Assembly (NCBI GenBank): GCA_042408215.1
Contig: JAYFMW010000006.1
Location: 736,001-800,000, forward strand
Length of the DNA: 64,000 bases
Direction: 5' to 3'
DNA from: Microcoleus sp.
Lineage (GTDB): Bacteria > Cyanobacteriota > Cyanobacteriia > Cyanobacteriales > Microcoleaceae
In this document: one piece after another, positions 1-11,950 of the stretch
How positions within the stretch are numbered: position 1 is the first letter of the stretch
Layout: each line of letters starts with the position of its first letter
Made by a program: the position numbers and the translations under genes
The notes under the pieces: model-generated
Seen by the model: the letters and a program-made list of their open reading frames with translations, nothing else
The model's database searches: none
Told to the model about the DNA's origin: nothing

Positions 1-10
1 AGCGGAAGTT

Positions 11-1684
11 ATGGGCAAAAACGACCATGACTTTTTCCCCAGAGAACAAGCCGACTTTTTCACCGCCAAAGACCGGGAAGTGCTCGCCAGCGGCCAGATT
101 TTAGACATTCCCGAAGAACTAATTCAAACCAGAGAAGGCGAGACTCGCATATTTCATACCAAAAAAACCGCAATTCTCGATCGATTTGGCACTCCCGAAT
201 ATTTATTAGCAATTATTCAAGACATTACCGATCGCAAGTTGGGAGAACTGGCTTTGAGGGAATCGTCAGCCCGACTCAAGCAGCAGGCCGATCGAGAAAA
301 ATTGCTCAACAGCCTCACAACTCAAATCCGCAATTCCCTCGACTTCGACAGCATCATTAGTGTCGCTGTCCAAGAAATGCGCGCTTTCATGCAGATCGAT
401 CGTTGCTATTTTTCCCAGTACCGGATCCAACAAGAAGAGGCATTTTGGGAAATTATTAAAGAATCTCGCACCAGAGAACTTCCCGATTTAATCGGTTCCT
501 ATAAAGCTTCTGACTTCGGCACTATAGGAGAACACCTCTTGCGTCTAGAAACGCTGCAAGTCGATGATGTCGGAGCAACCGCAGACCCTGTTTGGAAACA
601 GTCTCTTAGCTCTCTGGGCTACCAATCTGTCTTGGCAATTCCGATGCAGGCACTTTCGGGAGTCGTGAGCGTTGTTACCTGCGCCCACTCCGCTTCTGTG
701 CGGCCCTGGAGTCACAGCGAAGTCGAATTGTTGCAAGCGATTACAGTTCAATTGGCGATCGCCCTCAATCAAGCCGATCTTTACACCCAAACTCTCAATA
801 AAGCTCGCGAATTAGAGCAAACTTTACAGAAATTAAGAAGCGCTCAATCGCAGTTAGTTCAAAGCGAAAAAATGTCATCTCTCGGTCAGTTAGTTGCAGG
901 AGTCGCCCACGAAATTAACAACCCAGTTAACTTTATTTACGGCAACCTCACCCACGCTAACGAGTATACCCAAGACTTGCTCCACCTGATCGAACTTTAC
1001 CAAAACCACTATCTCGATCCAGTCCCGGAGATTCAAGACGAAATAGAAAATATTGACCTTGATTTTCTCATGGAAGATTTGCCTAAATTGCTGACGTCCA
1101 TGAAAGTCGGTGCAGACAGAATTCAACAAATAGTTGCTTCTCTCCGCACTTTCTCCCGCATGGACGAAGCGGAAATGAAAGCAGTTAACATTCATGACGG
1201 CATAGATAGCACCTTAATGATTTTGCAGCACCGCATCAAAGCTAAACACAATCATCCAGAGATTCAAGTGATTAAAGAATACAGCAAATTGCCCTTAGTA
1301 GAATGTTATGCCGGCCAGTTAAATCAAGTATTCATGAATATCTTGAGCAATGCTTTGGATGCTTTGGAAGACAGGGACTCGCGGCTTTCTGCTGACGAAA
1401 TGCGTCAAAATCCCAGCCAGCTCCGCATCTGCACTGAAATGCCTTCATCCTCGCGGGTAATCATTCGGATTGCTGACAACGGGCCGGGAATGACAGAGAG
1501 TGTCTGTCATCGACTTTTTGACCCGTTTTTTACCACTAAACCTGTGGGTAAAGGCACTGGAATGGGCTTGTCCATTAGCTACCAAATTGTTACAGAACGG
1601 CACGGCGGCTCCCTGCATTGCACTTCTTCCCCCGGATTTGGTGCAGAATTTGCGATCGAGATTCCCCTGAAAGCTAATTGCTAA
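11..1684 (+). CDS. Sensor histidine kinase (PAS-GAF-HisKA-HATPase), probably truncated by the window start
   Basis: H-box LVAGVAHEINNP, N-box NQVFMNILSNA, G-boxes IADNGPG and GKGTGMGL; PAC and GAF-like segments upstream. Confidence 0.92.
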   Translation: MGKNDHDFFPREQADFFTAKDREVLASGQILDIPEELIQTREGETRIFHTKKTAILDRFGTPEYLLAIIQDITDRKLGELALRESSARLKQQADREKLLNSLTTQIRNSLDFDSIISVAVQEMRAFMQIDRCYFSQYRIQQEEAFWEIIKESRTRELPDLIGSYKASDFGTIGEHLLRLETLQVDDVGATADPVWKQSLSSLGYQSVLAIPMQALSGVVSVVTCAHSASVRPWSHSEVELLQAITVQLAIALNQADLYTQTLNKARELEQTLQKLRSAQSQLVQSEKMSSLGQLVAGVAHEINNPVNFIYGNLTHANEYTQDLLHLIELYQNHYLDPVPEIQDEIENIDLDFLMEDLPKLLTSMKVGADRIQQIVASLRTFSRMDEAEMKAVNIHDGIDSTLMILQHRIKAKHNHPEIQVIKEYSKLPLVECYAGQLNQVFMNILSNALDALEDRDSRLSADEMRQNPSQLRICTEMPSSSRVIIRIADNGPGMTESVCHRLFDPFFTTKPVGKGTGMGLSISYQIVTERHGGSLHCTSSPGFGAEFAIEIPLKANC

Positions 1685-1783
1685 TTTATTAGTTGTTAGT
1701 TGTTATTTGTGACGATCGCTGAGTGGAAATATTTTTTTGTGATTGAAATAAAAAAAATCGCCCCTTTTTTGAAGGTTAAAGGC

Positions 1784-1898
1784 TTGACTTTCAGCATTTA
1801 ATTAAGTATAATCTTATAATGGGAGTGGTGGCAAAATTTTTAGTGCTGCCACCACTCCCATTATCTAAAATATACCACCAATAGTCCAGCAAAGTCAA
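1784..1898. promoter_or_regulatory. Convergent sigma70-like promoters flanking an 18-bp hairpin (copy 1)
   Basis: Plus strand TTGACT(1784)-17-TATAAT(1807); minus strand TTGACT(1898)-18-TATATT(1874); stem 1816-1833/1847-1864. Confidence 0.6.
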
Positions 1899-2290
1899 TA
1901 GGCAATCCTTCTTTTTTAGGGCCGAGCAGTTATACCAAATCCGGTTGCATCGGAATGATTAAACCGCGAATCCGCCACAAGCGCTTTCGTCAGAACTGCA
2001 TCTTCTTCTCGATCTGACGAAAACGGTTGATTTAATCTGACTCCATCAGCGTTCATCCCTGTTCATCCGCTGAGATCTGCGGTAAAAAACTGCCAATCTA
2101 ACAATCGATTTTTAAAAGCATTTCTTCGCCCGGAGTTGGTGCAGAATTTGCGATCGAGATTCCCCTGAAAGCTAATTCTTAATTTGTTCGTTGTTAGATC
2201 AAATCCTCTCTTCATCGGAATAGTAAATTCGAGTTAACAGTTAACAGTTAACTGTTAACTGTTAACTGTTAACTGTTAACTGACGGTGCA

Positions 2291-3068
2291 GTTAGAGAGT
2301 CGATGGCAGAGTGTCCCCCACCATCTCTCCTACAAAACCGTGCTTGCGACTTTCACCGCACACGGCTCCTGAGTGATGTAATCCTGGTTATGGATACAGT
2401 ACGATCGCATCACGAGATGATTTATACCGCTTGATAGTTTTCCTTTTACCCCTACATCCCACCATCAGATTTTTCTGTGGCATTAGGCTTTTAAAGGGTT
2501 ACTCAGTCTCAATCTTTTACACCACCGGGCGCTGTCAGCAGATCTCTGCTATTACAGCAGAGCTTTAGCTTCTGCAACCATCCCTCACACTCACAGCTTA
2601 CGGCTAGCAACCTACTTATTTTTAAGGGCTGTGAGAGCTTTACTTCGTTCCGATTACACATTGGTTGAACATGACAGCGTAATGCTTTCCACCGGGTTTT
2701 TTGGGCAGTGCTGATAAGTCAATCCGATAATTGCTTATGCCCTATCCTTGCCTTTTGGCTTGGTCTATCAGCCATTTGACCATCTATCATAACGGTGGTT
2801 CAGACACATTTTTGCTTTCGCTACGCATATGTTCTGGCTCGACAGCTACTCCATTTGGCTAAGAGTCTTTCTGCCTTTTATCCCCGCTTTATCCTGTTAG
2901 TTGCTACCTAACAAAATAGGGGATATGCTTTTACCGCTGCACCTGCGGACTGGGACTTGACTTAACGTCTCACCCAGAAGTGTAATCAGTTATCACTAAC
3001 TCGCAGCGGAGTCAGGCTAACCGTCCCTGGATAGGAGAACCTATCCATTTAGGCTAAACGAATCGCAC
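2291..3068 (-). ncRNA. ORF-less group II intron (778 nt)
   Basis: 5' GTGCGATTCG at 3068; domain V GAGCCGTGTGCGGTGAAAGTCGCAAGCACGGTTT; domain VI ending CTCTAAC at 2291; scaffold homologous to the intron at 41316-49208; no RT ORF. Confidence 0.9.
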
Positions 3069-3169
3069 ACCGGAATTGATATTAGTTGTTATTTGTTACG
3101 ATCGCTGAGTGGGGATATTTTTTTGTGATTGAAATAAAAAAAATCGCCTGTTTTTTGAAGGTTAAAGGC

Positions 3170-3284
3170 TTGACTTTCAGCATTTAATTAAGTATAATCT
3201 TATAATGGGAGTGGTGGCAAAATTTTTAGTGCTGCCACCACTCCCATTATCTAAAATATACCACCAATAGTCCAGCAAAGTCAA
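3170..3284. promoter_or_regulatory. Convergent promoter/hairpin element (copy 2)
   Basis: Identical to 1784-1898. Confidence 0.6.
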
Positions 3285-3501
3285 TAGGCAATCCTTCTTT
3301 TTTAGGGCCGAGCAGTTATACCAAATCCGGTTGCATCGGAATGATTAAACCGCGAATCCGCCACAAGCGCTTTCGTCAGAACTGCATCTTCTTCTCGATC
3401 TGACGAAAGCGTCAGATGCGACGAAAGCGGTTGATTTAATCTGACTCCATCAGCGTTCATCCCTGTTCATCCGCTGAGATCTGCGGTAAAAAACTGCCAA
3501 T

Positions 3502-6500
3502 CTAACAATCGATTTTTAAAAGCATTTCAGCGATCGCGTTACTGTCCAAAGGTTTAAAAAACAAATATCCCTGAGCAAGTTCGCATTCGAGTTCTCTCAA
3601 TTGTGCTAACTGTTCTACTGTCTCAACACCTTCTGCGATCGCATTCAATCCCAAATTGTGAGCCAAAGTCACGATCGCCCGCACAATTTGTAAAGGTTGT
3701 TCCCCGCCGTCACCGTTTTCCCTCGCCCCCAAGCGGCTCACAAAAGAGCGATCGATCTTCAGCGTATCCAGCGGAAAACGGTGCAAATAACTCAAAGACG
3801 AATAGCCCGTACCAAAATCGTCGATCGACAACCGAATCTTTCTAGATTTCAATTGGGCGAGTACCGTACTGGCTTTGTTCACATTTTCGACGATCGCACT
3901 TTCAGTAATCTCCAATTTTAAACAGCTCGGATCGCAGCCTGTTTCTGCTAAAATTTCATCGATTTGTTCAATCAAATTCGGTTGACCTAACTGTTTAGCA
4001 GAAAGATTGACGCTCATTGTTAATTGCTCATTGATAATTGGGAATTGGGAATTGGGCATAGGGCATAGGGCCTTGGGCACGATCAGTTGCCGAACTTCCT
4101 TCTGACTTCCCGGCGTTACATCCGTTAAATCCGTTACAGAATCCGTTGCCGAACTTCCTTCTCCCTGGATTAAAAGTTCTTGCCAAACGCGCAATTGGCG
4201 GCAAGCTTCCCGCAGCACCCAAGTTCCCAGAGGCACAATCAGACCCGTTTCTTCAGCCACAGGAATAAAACTAGATGGCGACACTAAACCCCGCACCGGA
4301 TGATACCAGCGCACCAAAGCCTCAAAACCCTCGATCGCACCGCTGGCGATCGAAACAATTGGTTGATAGTGCAGAATAAAGTGCGAAATTTCATCCAGGC
4401 TCTTCCCTAATTCCTGCTTTCCCAAAATAGCCAACCGCAAGTCAGTTTCTAACTGCAACAGCGACATAGTTTGGTCGTGCATCGCCAAATTAAACACCTC
4501 GTGGCGGGCCTTGCCTAAAGCTTTAGCACGATACATAGCAATGTCAGCATCCCGCAGGAATTCTTCCGGGTGAGCCTGCACAGAGCACTGCTGACTATTC
4601 GACAAGCCACTCTCGGCTGCTGTGAGCTCCTCTCTGCTGAAAACAATGCCAATGCTAGCGCTGGTGAATACTTCATGACCTTCGAGATTAAAGGGTACTG
4701 TCAATTCTTTTTGTATTCTGTTAGCGGCCTGGGTAGCGTCGCCGAGGTTCTGAATGCTGTCTAGCAGGATGGTAAACTCGTCTCCACCGAGTCGCGCTAC
4801 CGTATCAGAAGCACGCACGCAATCCTGAAGCCGCTGCGCGAGGGTAATTAGCAGTTTGTCGCCGAGAATATGTCCTAAAGAATCATTAACTACTTTGAAG
4901 CGGTCTAAATCTAGGAAGAGGACGGCAAATTTGTAATCTGGGGAATTTTGAGAACGGTGTATAGCTTGTCCTAGCCGATCGATAAACAAGAGGCGGTTTG
5001 GCAAACCCGTAAGCGCATCGTGACAGGCATCGTGCAGCAGTTGCTGTTCTACTCGTCGGCTCGCGGTAACATCTCTAATCATAATCTGCGCGGCTGCTAA
5101 GCCCTGATAAATAGCGGGTATGCCGACAACTTCTACGTCTATTATTTGTCCGTCGAGCCGGATCATTTTTTCTTCAGCGAGGTCGAACGGCCTGTTTTCT
5201 TCCTCTACTTGCCGGATTCGCTCTTTGGCTATTTCCACATAGTTTTGATGGACGAAATTCAATACAGGAAAGCCGATTAGCTCCCTCGGAGAGCAGGCAC
5301 CGAGAAGTTTAGCACCGGCTGCATTGATATATGCGATTTTCCCTTGACTGTAAACCGCGATCGCTTCGGGAGACTGTTCTACCAAACGGCGGTAGCGTTC
5401 TTCACTTTCTTGCAGAGATACTATCAACTCCGAACGCTCTTGTTCTGCTTGCTGGCGTTCCACTTCCCTTTGGTGATCGGCGAGAAATCTACCTATGCTT
5501 TGAGCCATCAATTCTATTATTTCTATGGTCTGGGATTCAAAGGTTTTTCTCCTGACCTCTCGCGCCGAAAAACTCAAGGTGCCGTAGATTTTATTATCTA
5601 TAAATATCGGCGTTCCAATGTAAGATTCGATCTGCCATTTTTGATAAGCTGGATGTTCGCACATTTCTAAGGTTCCTCCTATGTGGGAACAGGCCATTGT
5701 TTGCTTGAATTTAATCACTGCGGCACAGTAAGTATCGCTAAGCTTTAATTCTAAACCTCGTGTAAAATATTCTAAATCTGTTCTCACCGAGCGAATCATA
5801 AAAGATGACTCCTCAACTTGAGCAATCATGCCAATAGAAAGTCCGAAAATCAAACAGCCTGCTTTTAGATAATCATCCACAAGTTCTTCAAAATTTTGAT
5901 AGTGATAAGTTGTAATCCGGTGCAGGTGTTTGAGGTTGGCACTAAAAGTTGCTAAATCTTGAGATTTTAAAAATAATTCTTCTTCCGCTCGCTGGCGGTC
6001 GGTGATGTCGGTCTGAACTCCAATAAAGTGAGTTAAGTGCCGGCGCGAGTTGTAAACCGGAGCAATAGAAAGTTCGTTCCAAAAAAGCGAGCCATCTTTC
6101 CGAAAATTCTGCAATATAACTTGAGAAGTCCTGCCTTCTTCAATAGCATTTCGCAGCTCTTGTACAGCCTCCCGACTCGTGTCTGGGCCCTGCAATAATC
6201 GGCAATTTTTACCAATTAATTCGGATCTGCCATAACCCGTGATCCGCTCAAAACTGGGATTGAGATAAATAATTGGATTGTCGGCAAGCGTCGCATCGGT
6301 AATCACAATGCCGTTGGTGCTGCTTTCGATCGCCCTTTCCATCATTTGCAACCGTTCCGACGATCGAATCCGCTCGATCGTGGCGGCTAACAAATTGGCG
6401 ATCGCCTCCAGAAAATAAACGTCATCTTGGTTAAAAACTCGCTCGTCCTTGGTGTGAACCCCCAAAACCCCCCAGACAGGAGCTTCAACAGTGTTCGTTG

Positions 6501-7404
6501 ATTCTACTTGTCCCCACGGACTTTTCCCCTGTCCCCTATAGCCAGGAACGATCACGGTCACACCACTCACGGCTCGGTGGTTGTGCAGCAGCGGCGACTC
6601 ACTAAACCGCGTTTCCACCGGCAAATCTGTGACGATCACCGGTTCGTTAACTAACAATGTATAACCAGCTTGAGAGCGGGCCGAAGCGGTGACACTGGCG
6701 CTACCGACCAGCCCAGGCCCCCAGCCGACACCCGATCGCAACAGAAAAGCATGACCCGATGGCAACAGTTCCAACAACTGACAATAATCGACATCCAGGG
6801 TTTGGGCAATTAACACCGCTGCTTTGTCCATCAGTGCCGACAAATCTGTTTCAGCGATCGCCTCATGTCCCAAGTAAGCGACGGCTGCTTGCTGACGGGC
6901 CCGCAAGTGGATTGACCCGAGCAATTCCTGCTCTAGCGCTGCGACTCTCTTGCGCTCGGTAATGTCGCAGAACACCGACAGAACAACTTTTTCCGACTGC
7001 AATGTCAGATACCGCATTGATACAGTTGCCCAAAACAGCGTGCCGTCCGCCTTTTTCAGGCGGACTTCGGTCTCGCGCACCAGTCCCTCAACAGCGAGGA
7101 TATCCAGCAATTCCTGGCGCTCTGCTGGATTGTTGTAGAGTGTTTCGGCTTTTTGGCGGTGGAGGGACTCGGATGCTGTCAGTCCGAAGGCCATACGGCA
7201 TAAATCGTTACAATACAGAATTGTGCCATCAGCTAGACTGCCGATCGCCAGTGGCACCGGCATCGAGTCGGCGATCGTCAGAAATAATTCTTGAGTGTCT
7301 TGCACCGCTTCCTGCATTCCTGTCTGGAAGGCACAGCCCTCACAGTCTTGGGAGATAAAACTTGCGAGTTTTTGATTGATCCATTGCGATAATTTATTTT
7401 GCAC
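3502..7404 (-). CDS. PAS-GAF-LOV-GAF-PAS-GGDEF-EAL diguanylate cyclase/phosphodiesterase
   Basis: [12 protein letters not shown] motif, RLGGDEF, FEALVRW and DDFGTGYSS. Confidence 0.93.
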   Translation of the reverse strand: MQNKLSQWINQKLASFISQDCEGCAFQTGMQEAVQDTQELFLTIADSMPVPLAIGSLADGTILYCNDLCRMAFGLTASESLHRQKAETLYNNPAERQELLDILAVEGLVRETEVRLKKADGTLFWATVSMRYLTLQSEKVVLSVFCDITERKRVAALEQELLGSIHLRARQQAAVAYLGHEAIAETDLSALMDKAAVLIAQTLDVDYCQLLELLPSGHAFLLRSGVGWGPGLVGSASVTASARSQAGYTLLVNEPVIVTDLPVETRFSESPLLHNHRAVSGVTVIVPGYRGQGKSPWGQVESTNTVEAPVWGVLGVHTKDERVFNQDDVYFLEAIANLLAATIERIRSSERLQMMERAIESSTNGIVITDATLADNPIIYLNPSFERITGYGRSELIGKNCRLLQGPDTSREAVQELRNAIEEGRTSQVILQNFRKDGSLFWNELSIAPVYNSRRHLTHFIGVQTDITDRQRAEEELFLKSQDLATFSANLKHLHRITTYHYQNFEELVDDYLKAGCLIFGLSIGMIAQVEESSFMIRSVRTDLEYFTRGLELKLSDTYCAAVIKFKQTMACSHIGGTLEMCEHPAYQKWQIESYIGTPIFIDNKIYGTLSFSAREVRRKTFESQTIEIIELMAQSIGRFLADHQREVERQQAEQERSELIVSLQESEERYRRLVEQSPEAIAVYSQGKIAYINAAGAKLLGACSPRELIGFPVLNFVHQNYVEIAKERIRQVEEENRPFDLAEEKMIRLDGQIIDVEVVGIPAIYQGLAAAQIMIRDVTASRRVEQQLLHDACHDALTGLPNRLLFIDRLGQAIHRSQNSPDYKFAVLFLDLDRFKVVNDSLGHILGDKLLITLAQRLQDCVRASDTVARLGGDEFTILLDSIQNLGDATQAANRIQKELTVPFNLEGHEVFTSASIGIVFSREELTAAESGLSNSQQCSVQAHPEEFLRDADIAMYRAKALGKARHEVFNLAMHDQTMSLLQLETDLRLAILGKQELGKSLDEISHFILHYQPIVSIASGAIEGFEALVRWYHPVRGLVSPSSFIPVAEETGLIVPLGTWVLREACRQLRVWQELLIQGEGSSATDSVTDLTDVTPGSQKEVRQLIVPKALCPMPNSQFPIINEQLTMSVNLSAKQLGQPNLIEQIDEILAETGCDPSCLKLEITESAIVENVNKASTVLAQLKSRKIRLSIDDFGTGYSSLSYLHRFPLDTLKIDRSFVSRLGARENGDGGEQPLQIVRAIVTLAHNLGLNAIAEGVETVEQLAQLRELECELAQGYLFFKPLDSNAIAEMLLKIDC

Positions 7405-8063
7405 AGAAACCGGACTCCTGTAGCTCCGCAGCCGAGAACTATAAATTGATGATAACTGGCGATTCCAGATGCAGAGGACGATCGACTGTCAAATCCCCGC
7501 ACAATATTCATCTTAACCAGAAGAATGCAACAGGAAGGCGCAAAACTGCGAGGCAGGAGTTGGATTGGCCTGGCTGTACAGAGCGCATCTGTCTTTGGTA
7601 TGAAAATTAACTGTTTCTGAAGTTGCGTTAAGTTTTGATAAGAGCGGTAACTTTGCCAGATGTCGGCGCCTGCTCCTAATCTGAAAGGTTGATTAACAGT
7701 CAGACTTTTTCTGACATTTGCTAACAATCACTTACATTCGCCCGAGGTCTTTATGGCACTGTAGAATGAATTTAGCCGCTCGGATTTAGGTGAAAAACCT
7801 TGGTAGTAAGCAACCTCTATTTAAATAAGTTGCCTCTACAGTATCAAAGCAAATAAAATCAAGATTGGCTAAATGCGGTCACGCGAAAACCAAGCTGAAC
7901 GCTCATAGTACAAGTGCTTGTAGAGATTTCTACGGGCATTGGTTGATACGCCTTAGTTGAGAACTGAGCTCAACTTATGTATTTGTTAGCAAACGTTAGC
8001 AAAAAAGTATCGGTAAACTAATCTGCAAACAATTAACGAATGCCATCCGAGGAGAGAGGACAA

Positions 8064-10679
8064 ATGCTTGAGTCTTACCGCCAACAGGCTGCTGAAAGAG
8101 CCACCTTGGGAATTCCACCACTGCCCCTAGATGCTCAGCAAACGTCTGAACTTTGCGAACTGCTGAAAAATCCGCCACCGGGAGAAGAGGAAACCTTAGT
8201 AGAATTATTGCGCGATCGCGTACCACCAGGAGTAGACCAAGCAGCCTACGTCAAAGCAGGATTTTTGACCAGCATCGCCAAAGGAGAAATCCACAGTCCC
8301 CTCATCACCCCCACATGGGCCGTCTACCTGCTAGGGACAATGATGGGGGGCTACAACGTCCACTCCCTAATCGATTTGCTCAATCCCACCGCCGAAACCG
8401 CCATTCCCGCCGCCGCCGCCCGCGCCCTGAGCAAAACTCTGTTAGTATTTGACGCTTTCCACGATGTTTTGGCATTGTCCGATGTCAATCCCTATGCTAA
8501 GCAGGTAGTGGATTCTTGGGCAGATGCGGAATGGTTTACCGGCCGTCCTTTGTTACCAGAAGCCATTACGGTAACGGTGTTTAAAGTGCCGGGAGAGACG
8601 AATACCGACGATTTGTCGCCGGCACCTCACGCTACCACGCGGCCAGACATTCCCCTGCACGCTTTGGCGATGCTGGAAAGTAAAATGCCCGGTGCTCTGC
8701 AAACCATTGCCGAATTGAAGCAAAAAGGCCATCCCGTAGCCTACGTTGGCGATGTTGTCGGTACCGGTTCATCCCGGAAATCGGCGATTAATTCCGTGCT
8801 GTGGCACATTGGCAATGATATTCCGTTTGTGCCGAACAAGCGCAGCGGCGGTTATATTCTAGGAAGTGCGATCGCCCCGATTTTCTTCAATACCGCTGAA
8901 GATTCCGGTGCTTTGCCGATCGAATGCGACGTCGCCAAAATGGAAACCGGAATGGTAATTACCATCCATCCCTACAAAGGCGAAATTACCAACGAAGCCG
9001 GAGAAATCATCTCCACATTCACCCTCAAACCTGACACAATATTAGACGAAGTTCGCGCCGGTGGCCGAATTCCCCTATTAATTGGACGCACCTTAACCGA
9101 CAAAACCCGCACCGCTTTAGGACTAGAAATCAGCCCTATTTTCACCCGCCCCACCATCCCAGTAGATACGGGCAAAGGCTTTACCTTAGCGCAGAAAATG
9201 GTAGGCAAAGCTTGCGGTTTGTCCGGCGTTCGTCCCGGTACATCCTGCGAACCAGTGATGACTACAGTCGGTTCTCAAGATACCACCGGCCCGATGACGC
9301 GGGACGAATTAAAAGAACTTGCTTGTTTGGGATTTAGCGCCGATTTGGTAATCCAAAGTTTTTGCCACACCGCCGCTTATCCAAAACCAGTTGATGTCAA
9401 AACTCACCATGAATTACCCGACTTCATGGCTCAGCGAGGCGGGGTAGCTTTGCGTCCCGGAGACGGCATTATTCACTCCTGGTTAAACCGGATGTTATTG
9501 CCAGATACAGTGGGAACCGGCGGCGATTCTCACACTCGTTTTCCCTTGGGAATTTCTTTCCCTGCGGGTTCGGGATTGGTGGCATTTGCTGCTGCTTTGG
9601 GTGTCATGCCTTTGGATATGCCGGAATCGATTTTAGTGCGGTTTAAAGGCGAATTGCAGCCGGGAGTGACACTGCGGGATGTTGTGAATGCAATTCCCTA
9701 TGTGGCAATTCAAAAAGGTATGCTGACTGTCTCGAAACAGAACAAGAAAAATATCTTTTCTGGGCGGATTATGGAGATTGAAGGTTTGCCCGATTTGAAG
9801 GTCGAGCAGGCTTTTGAATTGACTGATGCCACGGCCGAGCGTTCTTGTGCTGGATGCACGATTAAACTGAGCGTGGAGACTGTTTCTGAGTACATTCGTT
9901 CCAATGTCGCGCTGTTGAAAAATATGATGGCGCGGGGCTATGCAGATGGGCGGACTATGATGCGCCGGGTGGCGAAGATGGAGGCATGGCTGGCAAATCC
10001 GGTGTTGCTGGAGGCTGATGCTGATGCGGAGTATGTCGAAATCATTGAGATTGATTTGAACGAGATTAAAGAGCCGATTGTGGCTGCTCCCAATGACCCG
10101 GATAATGTTAAGTTGTTGAGTGAGGTTGCGGGCGATCGCGTTGACGAAGTATTTGTCGGTTCTTGCATGACAAATATCGGTCACTACCGCGCCACTGCGA
10201 AGGTGTTGGAAGGTGCTGGGGAAGTGAAAACTCGCCTGTGGATTTGTCCGCCAACTCGGATGGATGAACAGCAACTTAAAGAAGAAGGTTATTACAGCAT
10301 TTTTGGAGCTGCTGGAGCTCGTACAGAAATGCCGGGGTGCAGTCTTTGTATGGGAAATCAAGCACGGGTTAAAGATGCCACAACGGTGTTTTCAACTTCT
10401 ACTCGCAACTTCAATAACCGCATGGGGAAAGACGCGCAAGTTTATCTCGGTTCTGCTGAATTAGCGGCAGTTTGTTCCCTGTTGGGTCGCATTCCTACAG
10501 TGCAAGAATACATGGAGATTGTGGCGAAGAAGATTAATCCTTTTGCTGATGATTTGTATCGGTATTTGAATTTCGATCGAATTGCTGGTTTTGAGGATGA
10601 AGGGCGAGTGATTGCTTTGGAAGATATGCCTCGGATTGAGGATCTTTTGGGGATTCCCGAAGGCGTGTTGAGTAAGTAA
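8064..10679 (+). CDS. acnB: Aconitate hydratase B
   Basis: [29 protein letters not shown] and [10 protein letters not shown] motifs; RBS GGAGAGAGG before the ATG at 8064. Confidence 0.97.
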   Translation: MLESYRQQAAERATLGIPPLPLDAQQTSELCELLKNPPPGEEETLVELLRDRVPPGVDQAAYVKAGFLTSIAKGEIHSPLITPTWAVYLLGTMMGGYNVHSLIDLLNPTAETAIPAAAARALSKTLLVFDAFHDVLALSDVNPYAKQVVDSWADAEWFTGRPLLPEAITVTVFKVPGETNTDDLSPAPHATTRPDIPLHALAMLESKMPGALQTIAELKQKGHPVAYVGDVVGTGSSRKSAINSVLWHIGNDIPFVPNKRSGGYILGSAIAPIFFNTAEDSGALPIECDVAKMETGMVITIHPYKGEITNEAGEIISTFTLKPDTILDEVRAGGRIPLLIGRTLTDKTRTALGLEISPIFTRPTIPVDTGKGFTLAQKMVGKACGLSGVRPGTSCEPVMTTVGSQDTTGPMTRDELKELACLGFSADLVIQSFCHTAAYPKPVDVKTHHELPDFMAQRGGVALRPGDGIIHSWLNRMLLPDTVGTGGDSHTRFPLGISFPAGSGLVAFAAALGVMPLDMPESILVRFKGELQPGVTLRDVVNAIPYVAIQKGMLTVSKQNKKNIFSGRIMEIEGLPDLKVEQAFELTDATAERSCAGCTIKLSVETVSEYIRSNVALLKNMMARGYADGRTMMRRVAKMEAWLANPVLLEADADAEYVEIIEIDLNEIKEPIVAAPNDPDNVKLLSEVAGDRVDEVFVGSCMTNIGHYRATAKVLEGAGEVKTRLWICPPTRMDEQQLKEEGYYSIFGAAGARTEMPGCSLCMGNQARVKDATTVFSTSTRNFNNRMGKDAQVYLGSAELAAVCSLLGRIPTVQEYMEIVAKKINPFADDLYRYLNFDRIAGFEDEGRVIALEDMPRIEDLLGIPEGVLSK

Positions 10680-10932
10680 TTTCATCGAAACTCAGCGAAC
10701 TGCTTATTTTGAACCGCAGATGAACGCAGGTGTACGCAGATGAATTTTATCTGCGTTCATCTGTGTTAATCCGCTGACATCTGCGGTTACAACAAATCCC
10801 AGAATCTCCATGAATCATCCCCCGTTTTTTGTTTAAAATATAAGTAGAGGCGAGTTCGATCGCCAATCTCTAATTCCGATCCAGGATATCGACCTGCCAA
10901 TTCCTATAAATCCGATTGAGGAGAAAAAAAGT

Positions 10933-11394
10933 ATGTCTGAACGAGCTTTAATCACTGAAAACCCAGAGACACCAACTTCAGTGCCAGAAATTCGCATTGG
11001 TAATGAAATGGTAGAGTTTCTCAGTGTAATTCAGCAAACTCCGAGAGAATATTGGCCTAATTTGCTTAAAATGATGAGGTTATTTCTGGAAACTGTGACA
11101 GTTAAGCCAGGATTGTCGGAACCCGCCGAGACACCTGAAAATGTAGATTTTACTAAACTGTCGAAGGAGGAAAGTATCAAAAGAAATCAAAAAAATATGA
11201 GGATTGCAATACTAGCGGGGCAAAGGAAAGGAAATGAGGATAACGAAAAACCAGAAATTATCGATTCTTTACAGCAACACGAAGCTCTGAGCAAGCTGTT
11301 ACAATCTTGGATAGACGATGGAGATGAACAGGAACAAACAGAAACCGCTGAAGTTCTCCGCAAGGCACTAGAAGAAAACCCGGTGCATATATAG
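10933..11394 (+). CDS. Putative antitoxin partner of a PIN toxin
   Basis: Lies 3 nt upstream of the PIN gene; acidic C-terminus LLQSWIDDGDEQEQTET. Confidence 0.6.
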   Translation: MSERALITENPETPTSVPEIRIGNEMVEFLSVIQQTPREYWPNLLKMMRLFLETVTVKPGLSEPAETPENVDFTKLSKEESIKRNQKNMRIAILAGQRKGNEDNEKPEIIDSLQQHEALSKLLQSWIDDGDEQEQTETAEVLRKALEENPVHI

Positions 11395-11397
11395 TCC

Positions 11398-11853
11398 ATG
11401 AGCAGAATAGTTTTGTTAGATTCTGGGCCTTTAGGAATTGTTACAAATCCCAAAGCCGCCTCTCCTTTATCTCAAGAGGGTAAAGTCTGGCTGCAATCTT
11501 TGCCGCTAAAAGGTTACATTGTCATGCTTCCTGAAATTGCTGACTATGAGGTGAGGCGCGAATTAATTCGTGCAGGTAAAACGGCAGGTATTAAACGACT
11601 CGATCAACTTAAATCGCAAATCCCCTACCGTCCTTTGACTACCGAGGTAATGCTTCTAGCGGCTCAGTTGTGGGCGGATGCACGAAACAGAGGAAAGACA
11701 ACAGCAGAACCCAATGCACTTGACGGGGATGTGATTTTGGCAGCTCAAGCAATGTTGGAGGCAAGTGAAGGCAATGAAGTGGTAATTGCTACCACAAATG
11801 TGGGCCATTTGTCTCAATTTATTGATGCTCGTGAATGGCGGCTAATTCAGTAA
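11398..11853 (+). CDS. PIN-domain (VapC-like) nuclease/toxin
   Basis: LLDSGPLG, EIADYEVRRE, DGDVILAAQA and ATTNVGHL acidic PIN motifs. Confidence 0.88.
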   Translation: MSRIVLLDSGPLGIVTNPKAASPLSQEGKVWLQSLPLKGYIVMLPEIADYEVRRELIRAGKTAGIKRLDQLKSQIPYRPLTTEVMLLAAQLWADARNRGKTTAEPNALDGDVILAAQAMLEASEGNEVVIATTNVGHLSQFIDAREWRLIQ

Positions 11854-11950
11854 TGTTTAATGCGATCGCATTTGCCCTATTCCTGCTATACTTCCAACTA
11901 CAGATATTCTGGCAAGCACCGTTGGCGACACCAACAGCAGGGCGAAAATA

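Larger units (their letters stand above)
1624..3525. repeat. Tandem duplication of about 500 bp (kinase 3' end + intergenic region + EAL gene 3' end); the second copy carries a MITE and an intron
   Basis: 1624-1700 recurs at 2124-2197; about 1700-2123 recurs at about 3082-3527. Confidence 0.9.

Noticed and set aside
9633..10361. 242-aa antisense ORF, and similar shadow ORFs across the window
   Set aside because: Fully overlaps well-supported genes such as acnB and has no motifs
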